From Minisyncoccota bacterium (GTDB lineage Bacteria > Patescibacteriota > Minisyncoccia > Phycocordibacterales > UBA9973), in assembly GCA_041659205.1 (NCBI GenBank), contig JBAZYS010000002.1:1627-65626 (forward strand): 64,000 nt of DNA, in the 5' to 3' direction. Under the pieces are notes generated by a model, which worked only from the letters and a program-made list of their open reading frames with translations, did not search any database and was not told where the DNA came from. The position numbers were made by a program, and so were the translations under genes. The stretch's first letter is position 1, and every line of letters begins with the position of its first letter. Shown one piece after another: positions 56,759-62,975 of the stretch.

Positions 56759-56872
56759 AAATTCCCCAAAATACTTTTTGTAGGGGTTTCGAGAGCGACG
56801 GCTCGAGAATTTCAGGATTTCTTAAGCTTCAAGAAATCCGTACCATAGAAAAGTTGTTTTGGGGAATTTTTA
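56756..56872 (+). repeat. Structured repeat family A, copy A7
   Basis: GTTTC-GA-GAGC-GACG-GCTC-GA-GAATTTCA-GGATTTCTT-AAGCTTC-AAGAAATCC-GTACC; starts at the TAA stop. Confidence 0.95.
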
Positions 56873-56927
56873 CTTCATCTCACAAGTATTTTTCTACTGA
56901 AAAATCTCGCGAGCCCTCCTCGCCTCG

Positions 56928-58541
56928 TCAGGCTCCGGCCTTGCGATCGGGTCCCTTGCCCGATCTCACCCCATGCTTCTCGTGAAGCTTTGCGACTTCT
57001 TCTTCTTCAAGCTCTTCTTTTTTCTCTTTTCCACGTAGGCCGAGGACTTTGAGCTCAGCATCACCAAGCATATTTAATGATTTTACTAATCCAGATAAAT
57101 GACTTACCGTATTTTTCTCTGGCGCATCCAAAACTTCCTCTAAAAGAGCGTTTAAAATCCAGCCCATTCTAGGTCCAGGAGTAATTCCCAGCTCTTTAAT
57201 CATATATTCTCCATTAATCTTCAGTTGTCCCACAGAAATAGGGTCACGAAGAGCTTCTTCTATCATCGCGAAGTATTTTCTTAGCCGATAAGGTGCTTCT
57301 TTTTTATTCATTCCTACCCTATCGCACTCACGGACATTCATCAATGTCCAAATATTTTCTTTACCAACTTTCACAACAATTCTTCGCACCGCAGAAAGCG
57401 TAATTAATTCAGTGTCCGAAAAAAACATATGCATACGCACAAGTTTTTCCACAAGATCAATTTCTTTTTTAGGGAATTTTAATCTCTCCATTATTTTTTT
57501 TCCCATCCTTGCGCCAATAACTTCATGACCATAAAAAGTATATTTCTTTTTTCCAGAACCCGCCTCTGCAAGCCTTCTGGATCTAGGTTTTCCAATATCA
57601 TGGAAAAGAGCAGAAAGCCTTATTTCTAAAGGCCAATTTTTGTCTGTAGCATGCTGCAAAGCATGCAGTAAATGATTCCAAACATCATAGATATGCTCAC
57701 CGGATTGTTCACATCCGATTCCCTCTTCCAGCTCTGGAATAATATTTTTTAATAAATTAAATTTCTGCAACATTACAATTCCACTTGCAGAATTTGGTGA
57801 CATAATTATTTTTACAAACTCATCACGAATTCTTTCTTCCGATATTTTTTTTAACAATTCAGAATTTTTTAAAATACTTTCCATCGTCTCATGTTCTACA
57901 GAAAAATTTAATTGGCAAGAGAAACGGACAGCCCTCAGCATTCGAAGAGCATCTTCTGTAAAACGGTCATCTGGGTTTCCTACTGCTTTTAAACTCTTGT
58001 CCTTAATGTCCTTTAGGCCATCAAACAGGTCAATTAACTGTCCTTTAGACTTGCCCGCCGAATTGGAGGGATTTAAGGCTAAGGCATTAACAGTGAAATC
58101 CCTTCTTTTTAGGTCATCTTCCAGCTTATCACTGAATTTTACCTCGTCAGGATGCCTAAAATCACTATATTTTGTCTCAGTTCTATATGGTGTAACCTCA
58201 ATTATCTTATATTCTGATGTTCCATGTGAAACATCATCCAATGGTGTTTCACGAGAAACGTTATTGGAAAGTGTTTCGCATGGAACACCTGCCTGCGCAG
58301 GCAGGCACACCCCTACTGTCCCGAAGGTATTCTCATAGACCGTCTTTTCAAAAAGGCTAATTATCTGCTCTGGCTTGGCGTTAGTTGTAATGTCCCAATC
58401 CTTTGGTTCCTTGTCCATCAAAAGATCTCGGACACATCCACCGACAAGGTACACCTCAAAACCAGCTTTCTCTAATGTAACTGTTACATGTGAAACTTCC
58501 TTAGGAATTTTCGCTATTAAATTTTTAATTGTTAAGTCCAC
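56928..58541 (-). CDS. cca: CCA tRNA nucleotidyltransferase with HD domain
   Basis: VGGCVRD, DWDITT, RRDFTVNA, EDALRMLRAVRF, FHDIGKP. Confidence 0.93.
   Translation of the reverse strand: MDLTIKNLIAKIPKEVSHVTVTLEKAGFEVYLVGGCVRDLLMDKEPKDWDITTNAKPEQIISLFEKTVYENTFGTVGVCLPAQAGVPCETLSNNVSRETPLDDVSHGTSEYKIIEVTPYRTETKYSDFRHPDEVKFSDKLEDDLKRRDFTVNALALNPSNSAGKSKGQLIDLFDGLKDIKDKSLKAVGNPDDRFTEDALRMLRAVRFSCQLNFSVEHETMESILKNSELLKKISEERIRDEFVKIIMSPNSASGIVMLQKFNLLKNIIPELEEGIGCEQSGEHIYDVWNHLLHALQHATDKNWPLEIRLSALFHDIGKPRSRRLAEAGSGKKKYTFYGHEVIGARMGKKIMERLKFPKKEIDLVEKLVRMHMFFSDTELITLSAVRRIVVKVGKENIWTLMNVRECDRVGMNKKEAPYRLRKYFAMIEEALRDPISVGQLKINGEYMIKELGITPGPRMGWILNALLEEVLDAPEKNTVSHLSGLVKSLNMLGDAELKVLGLRGKEKKEELEEEEVAKLHEKHGVRSGKGPDRKAGA
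58288..58305. repeat. 18-bp palindromic element in frame in cca (LPAQAG)
   Basis: CCTGCCTGCGCAGGCAGG, perfect palindrome. Confidence 0.8.
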
Positions 58542-58549
58542 CTATTTAG

Positions 58550-58620
58550 TGCGGCTAGGGAGAATCGAACTCCCGTCTCATCCTTGGCAAGGACGTGTTC
58601 TACCACTAAACCATAACCGC
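58550..58620 (-). tRNA. tRNA-Gly(GCC)
   Basis: GCGGTTA...CGTCC-TTGCCAA-GGATG...GTTCGATTC...TAGCCGCA; no encoded CCA. Confidence 0.95.
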
Positions 58621-58796
58621 TAGTTATTTCTAATAAAAACGACCCAAATATAACAACAGAGTCATATTTAAAGTAAATCATTTTTAACTTATCAATTATA
58701 GTATTAAATTTAACTTATTGCAATTTTAGGATATATGCTTATAAAATAAGGGGGTTTTGATAATTTTAAAATATGATGTATAATCAAAAGCAATAT

Positions 58797-58868
58797 GCAC
58801 CCGTAGTGAAATGGATATCACAACAGTCTTCGGAACTGTCGTTGGGGGTTCGAATCCCTCCGGGTGCA
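58797..58868 (+). tRNA. tRNA-Arg(TCG)
   Basis: GCACCCG...ACAGT-CTTCGGA-ACTGT...GTTCGAATC...CGGGTGCA; no encoded CCA. Confidence 0.95.
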
Positions 58869-58952
58869 CAATATTTGCAAATTAATAATATAAAATCTGT
58901 CCTTTACTTAAAGCTTTGTTATACAAGGATTTTAGTGAAATATATACCAAAA

Positions 58953-58961
58953 TGTGGATAA
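58953..58961 (-). promoter_or_regulatory. DnaA box (perfect copies also at 37808-37816 and 62860-62868)
   Basis: TGTGGATAA = reverse complement of TTATCCACA; all three are intergenic. Confidence 0.5.
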
Positions 58962-59128
58962 CTATGTGAGTAATGTTTATAAAGGACACGTCTAGAAGTT
59001 GTCTTTAAGCACTAATTTTGTTAAAATATGCTTATAAAATATGGACATTTTAGTAAAAGACACAAAAATTCATCAAAATGTTTCACGTGAAACGAAAATA
59101 GACGATGTTCCATGTGAAACCCATTAAA

Positions 59129-59530
59129 ATGCCTAAAGTTTTTACATCTAACACACAAAAAACTGGAGAAATTGGAGAAAATATAGCTGCAAAGTTTCTC
59201 ATGAAACATGGTTTTTCAATTCTAGATAGAAACTATACAAAAAAATGGGGTGAAATTGATATAGTCGCCGAAAAAGCCTGCAGACTATATTTCATTGAAG
59301 TTAAAAGCGTTTCTCGTGAAACGCTGAGCAATGAGACATTGAATAGTTATAGGCCAGAAGATAATATGCACCCCTGGAAACTTAAACGCTTGTCACGGAC
59401 AATCCAAACATACCTTCTGTCAGAAAAAGTCTCAGATGAAAAGGAATGGCAAGTAGATTTATTGGTAGTGTTTCTTGATACAAAAAACAAAAAAGCAAAA
59501 ATAAAAGTAGTCAGTGATATTATTTTATGA
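59129..59530 (+). CDS. yraN: YraN family (UPF0102) nuclease
   Basis: GEIGENIA..FL..HGF.ILDRNY...GEIDIV...FIEVKS. Confidence 0.9.
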   Translation: MPKVFTSNTQKTGEIGENIAAKFLMKHGFSILDRNYTKKWGEIDIVAEKACRLYFIEVKSVSRETLSNETLNSYRPEDNMHPWKLKRLSRTIQTYLLSEKVSDEKEWQVDLLVVFLDTKNKKAKIKVVSDIIL

Positions 59531-59552
59531 TATACTCGAAAAGCTTTAAGAG

Positions 59553-59626
59553 CGGGCTGTAGTATACCGGTAGTACAAGTGCTTTGGGAGCATTTAGACT
59601 GGGTTCAATTCCCAGCAGCCCGACCA
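59553..59626 (+). tRNA. tRNA-Pro(TGG)
   Basis: CGGGCTG...AGTGC-TTTGGGA-GCATT...GTTCAATT...CAGCCCGA-CCA. Confidence 0.95.
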
Positions 59627-59639
59627 GGTGAGTAAATAA

Positions 59640-59710
59640 GCGGGATTAGTTTAATGGTAAAACGTCAGTTTTCCAAACTGAGGTTGGGAGTTCGATTCTC
59701 CCATCCCGCA
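59640..59710 (+). tRNA. tRNA-Gly(TCC)
   Basis: GCGGGAT...TCAGT-TTTCCAA-ACTGA...GTTCGATTC...ATCCCGCA; no encoded CCA. Confidence 0.95.
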
Positions 59711-59711
59711 C

Positions 59712-60461
59712 ATGATTTTCACTTATTTATATGCATTTGCGAGCGTTATAATAGTTAGTCTTATCTCTTTAGTTGGAGTTATTTCGCTATCTCTTAAAGA
59801 GGAAACTTTGAGAAAATATATTAGTTTATTTATCAGCCTTGCCGTTGGGGCACTTCTCGGAGATGCATTTATTCACATAGTGCCAGTAGCATTTAAAAGT
59901 TCTCCAAACTCTAATCTTCCAAGCCTATTAATCATCGCAGGAATTCTTTTATTCTTTATAATTGAAAAGTTTTTTCACTGGCACCATCACGGAGAAGATA
60001 AAGAAGAAGCTCATATTCACCCAGTAGGGAAGTTATTACTCTTCACAGATAGTTTTCATAATTTCTTAGATGGTGTGATCATCGGTGTAAGTTTCCTAGT
60101 CAGTGTTCCTGTCGGCATCGCCACCACAATAGCTGTAATTTTACATGAAATTCCTCAAGAGATAGGCGACTTTGCTGTCCTTGTTCATTCTGGTTATTCA
60201 GTCAAAAAAGCAATCTGGCTTAATTTTATTTCTGCCCTCGCTGCTATTTTGGGACTTATAGTTGCTCTAATCTTTGGCAACGTAGCTGCTGCTTTCTCTT
60301 TGTGGACTCTCCCAATTGCTGCTGGTGGATTTATTTATATTGCAGTCGCTGATCTAATCCCAGAACTTCAAAAGACAAAAGAAGCTAAATATTCTCTCCT
60401 ACAAATCCTCGCAGTCGTCATTGGAATTCTAGCTATGCTTGCTTTAACCTTACTTGAATAA
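59712..60461 (+). CDS. ZIP family metal transporter
   Basis: GALLGDAFIHI, His-rich loop, HNFLDG, LHEIPQEIGDF. Confidence 0.93.
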   Translation: MIFTYLYAFASVIIVSLISLVGVISLSLKEETLRKYISLFISLAVGALLGDAFIHIVPVAFKSSPNSNLPSLLIIAGILLFFIIEKFFHWHHHGEDKEEAHIHPVGKLLLFTDSFHNFLDGVIIGVSFLVSVPVGIATTIAVILHEIPQEIGDFAVLVHSGYSVKKAIWLNFISALAAILGLIVALIFGNVAAAFSLWTLPIAAGGFIYIAVADLIPELQKTKEAKYSLLQILAVVIGILAMLALTLLE

Positions 60462-60522
60462 AGTTTAACAATCATACTAAGATAAAATCTCCTTATTTAT
60501 ATAGTTATTTTTTAATATCTAT

Positions 60523-60579
60523 TTGACATTTCAAATTTAGCATGCTATATTTTGTACCTACAAATATAGTTCTTTAAAA
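60523..60579 (+). promoter_or_regulatory. Sigma70 promoter plus boxA-like motif
   Basis: TTGACA-17-TATATT, then GTTCTTTAAAA at 60569-60579. Confidence 0.6.
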
Positions 60580-60701
60580 TTTATTTTTGACCATTTCGGC
60601 AAAGGGTGCAGGACGTTTTATAAAAAATATCATCGTGCATCATTTGCCGAAATGGCATCTCGCTACGTGAAGTAGTATGAGATTTTTCCCAGGAGGGAAA
60701 C

Positions 60702-61340
60702 ATGAAAGTTACAATCAAACGCGGAATAGGACAGCCGGGCAAGCTCTGGACAGGGTCCAGGGACTTTTTCCCTGGGGCAGACCTGTTCATCCCCGGCTTG
60801 GAACACACTTCTCTCGGCAAAGCAGAGGGCTTCGGCGACAGAGTTGTCGAAGTCAATATCATCGAAAACTGGTCAGTGTCAGGGGCCACCACGCGTCGTC
60901 TCTGGGTTGTAAACAGAGAAGTCACGTTCACGCCTGAAGAAGCTGCTTTGGCTCCCGTCCTTTACATTGGGACCGGCGGGGTCGGCTCATTGCCTGACCC
61001 GAGCGCAGGACTACGGGAAGAGGATTTGGCTCTCCTGAAGGTAGCTTTATGGAACTGGTCGGGGAGGATCGGCGGCTTTGCCATTCTCAATCCCATCACC
61101 GTTCTCTCAGGATATTACAGCCAAAGTGATCTACGTGATCTACCCAAGGTCACGGAGGAATTCAAGTGGGTTCAGACATATGCTGGGAACGTTGTTTCAG
61201 AATATGTCTTGCTGGAGTTCCGGGGAGGAAACCTCCATCCTAGACACATACCGCCATTCACCATCTGGCCGAAAGCAACCTTGTCACCTCCTGAAAAGAA
61301 AAGATTGGAGGAGACTTTTCGACGAGGAATTCGGAAATAA
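60702..61340 (+). CDS. Hypothetical protein (GC-rich orphan)
   Basis: 212-aa ORF with AGGAGG SD and own promoter; hammerhead and terminator downstream. Confidence 0.65.
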   Translation: MKVTIKRGIGQPGKLWTGSRDFFPGADLFIPGLEHTSLGKAEGFGDRVVEVNIIENWSVSGATTRRLWVVNREVTFTPEEAALAPVLYIGTGGVGSLPDPSAGLREEDLALLKVALWNWSGRIGGFAILNPITVLSGYYSQSDLRDLPKVTEEFKWVQTYAGNVVSEYVLLEFRGGNLHPRHIPPFTIWPKATLSPPEKKRLEETFRRGIRK

Positions 61341-61378
61341 TTAGTGATATCGTTCGGGGGTCGCAATGTGGCCCCCAG

Positions 61379-61427
61379 CTGTTTCGAGATGTGTATCTCG
61401 ACTGATGAGTCCTAAAGGACGAAACAG
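61379..61427 (+). ncRNA. Type III hammerhead ribozyme
   Basis: CTGT-T-TCGAGAT-GTGT-ATCTCGA-CTGATGA-GTCC-TAAA-GGAC-GAA-ACAG: full catalytic core and three perfect stems. Confidence 0.9.
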
Positions 61428-61442
61428 AAAATTCCAATTAGA

Positions 61443-61480
61443 AAAACAGCCCCGTCACTCACGAGTGACGGGGCTGTTTT
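61443..61480. terminator. Bidirectional intrinsic terminator
   Basis: AAAACAGCCCCGTCACTC-AC-GAGTGACGGGGCTGTTTT. Confidence 0.85.
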
Positions 61481-61498
61481 ATTTTATATAAATTTATT

Positions 61499-62617
61499 TT
61501 AATTTGCCCAAGACCAGTCTGTGCCTGGATTTTTAGCATTGAAAACTTCAAAGTGGATGTGGGGTCCAGTTGAATGCCCCGTAGAGCCCACGAGGCCGAT
61601 AACTTCTCCCTGAGTGACCTCTGCACCAGTGTGGGTAATTACTTTACTCATGTGAGCGTAGAGAGTTTTAGTACCATTTGGGTGTTGAACGATTACCATA
61701 TTCCCATATCCTCCACTCCAGCCTGTTTTTGCAATAAGTACTACTCCTGAAGCAGAAGCATAAATCGGTGTACCTATCGGTGCTCCAATATCTATTCCAC
61801 GGTGTCCTGGACCATGGAGACCTTGAGTTTTCCTAATTCTAGGACCGGTAGGCAAAGGGTCTATAAAGTACCCGGAAACGCTTTGGATTGGATGTGTAGC
61901 ATAATAATTTTTATCTTTCGCAACAGCTGAACCGAGGTTTGCGGCAGGCTTGTCGCCTCCTTCATCAATCATTTCGCCCCCAGGAATCATAATCTTATCT
62001 CCAATAGCAAGCTTGGTATCTTCATCAAAACCGTTAAACTGAATGATATCTGATGCATCTACTTTATAAAGAGCGGCAATCCCTTTCAATGTCTGTCCTT
62101 TTTTGACTGTATGCTCTGTTCCAGATATAGGCAAAATAAATAGCACATCACCCTCTACGAGTTTTGTGCCTTTCTTTAAATCATTCGCTGACAAAACAGT
62201 ACTGACTGAAACTTCAAATAACTTAGCAATTGAAGCAACAGTATCACCTTTTCTGACTACATAGACACTTGTGTCTTCTGGAGAAACATCTGGAATATCC
62301 TTTCCATCAGATACACCCAGCGGACCAGTTGCAGGGACAAGGGAATTGTTGGAAACAATATTGGAATTGGAATTTGTATCAGTATTGCTCTTTCTATCTT
62401 CAACTATTGAAGCGGAAGAAACATTAGCCTGCAAAAGGGCTATATTTTGAGAGTTGCTACCTATTTTAGGAAGACTTACTGTATTTGGACTTGTTTCGGC
62501 ATAAGCCTGGTCCCCGACAAAGAGAGAAGAGAAGGAAGAGAAGAAATCTGCCTGCACTTTTCGGGTAGGCACAAGAAGAGTCCCAAACAACAACGTAAAG
62601 GCTAGAAAAGATCTCAA
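61499..62617 (-). CDS. LysM-domain M23 family peptidoglycan endopeptidase
   Basis: Two LysM (YVVRKGDT, HTVKKGQT); HRGID, YAH, STGPHIHFE. Confidence 0.93.
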   Translation of the reverse strand: MRSFLAFTLLFGTLLVPTRKVQADFFSSFSSLFVGDQAYAETSPNTVSLPKIGSNSQNIALLQANVSSASIVEDRKSNTDTNSNSNIVSNNSLVPATGPLGVSDGKDIPDVSPEDTSVYVVRKGDTVASIAKLFEVSVSTVLSANDLKKGTKLVEGDVLFILPISGTEHTVKKGQTLKGIAALYKVDASDIIQFNGFDEDTKLAIGDKIMIPGGEMIDEGGDKPAANLGSAVAKDKNYYATHPIQSVSGYFIDPLPTGPRIRKTQGLHGPGHRGIDIGAPIGTPIYASASGVVLIAKTGWSGGYGNMVIVQHPNGTKTLYAHMSKVITHTGAEVTQGEVIGLVGSTGHSTGPHIHFEVFNAKNPGTDWSWAN

Positions 62618-62886
62618 TATTTTACTAACATTTTTATTTTGAGGTTTTATAAAACAAACTAAATGTCGCGAGATTTCCTTTTCTAGCCTTATAAAATAAG
62701 GGTAGAATTACAGGACGACCATAGTACTGCAAACTGGATTTTCTCACGATGGTTACTGTCACCTCTAGATTTCAGTCGACTTGCTCTGTACCTCTCTTCA
62801 GGAACTACCCCTTCAAGATAGCTCAAAAAGGGCCAAAAGTCAATCTGACCACCCCCTCCTGTGGATAACTTCCATTCATTACAAAA

Positions 62887-62915
62887 TTGACAAAATAGTT
62901 TAAAAGTAGTATAAT
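62887..62915 (+). promoter_or_regulatory. Consensus sigma70 promoter
   Basis: TTGACA-17-TATAAT. Confidence 0.75.
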
Positions 62916-62975
62916 TATAGTATCTTTCAATAAAAAATTAGGTTTAAAAACTAAAAACTATATAATATAAATACC

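Larger units (their letters stand above)
58218..59323. other. Cluster of at least 8 parS-like 16-bp palindromes (starts 58218, 58245, 58272, 58482, 59079, 59106, 59193, 59308)
   Basis: Each is within 1-3 mismatches of TGTTTCACGTGAAACA, e.g. TGTTTCACGTGAAACG at 59079. Confidence 0.85.

Noticed and set aside
2654-56872. Family A as ordinary rho-independent terminators
   Set aside because: Multibranch fold with a conserved interior and no consistent GC hairpin plus U tract; A4 sits behind a separate normal terminator.
58218-58287. 27-bp periodic palindromes as a mini-CRISPR
   Set aside because: 16-bp units match parS, 11-bp spacers are too short, and they lie within cca.
58870-59100. Calling oriC here
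   Set aside because: Only one perfect DnaA box and no dnaA/dnaN in the window; parS only suggests the origin may be near.
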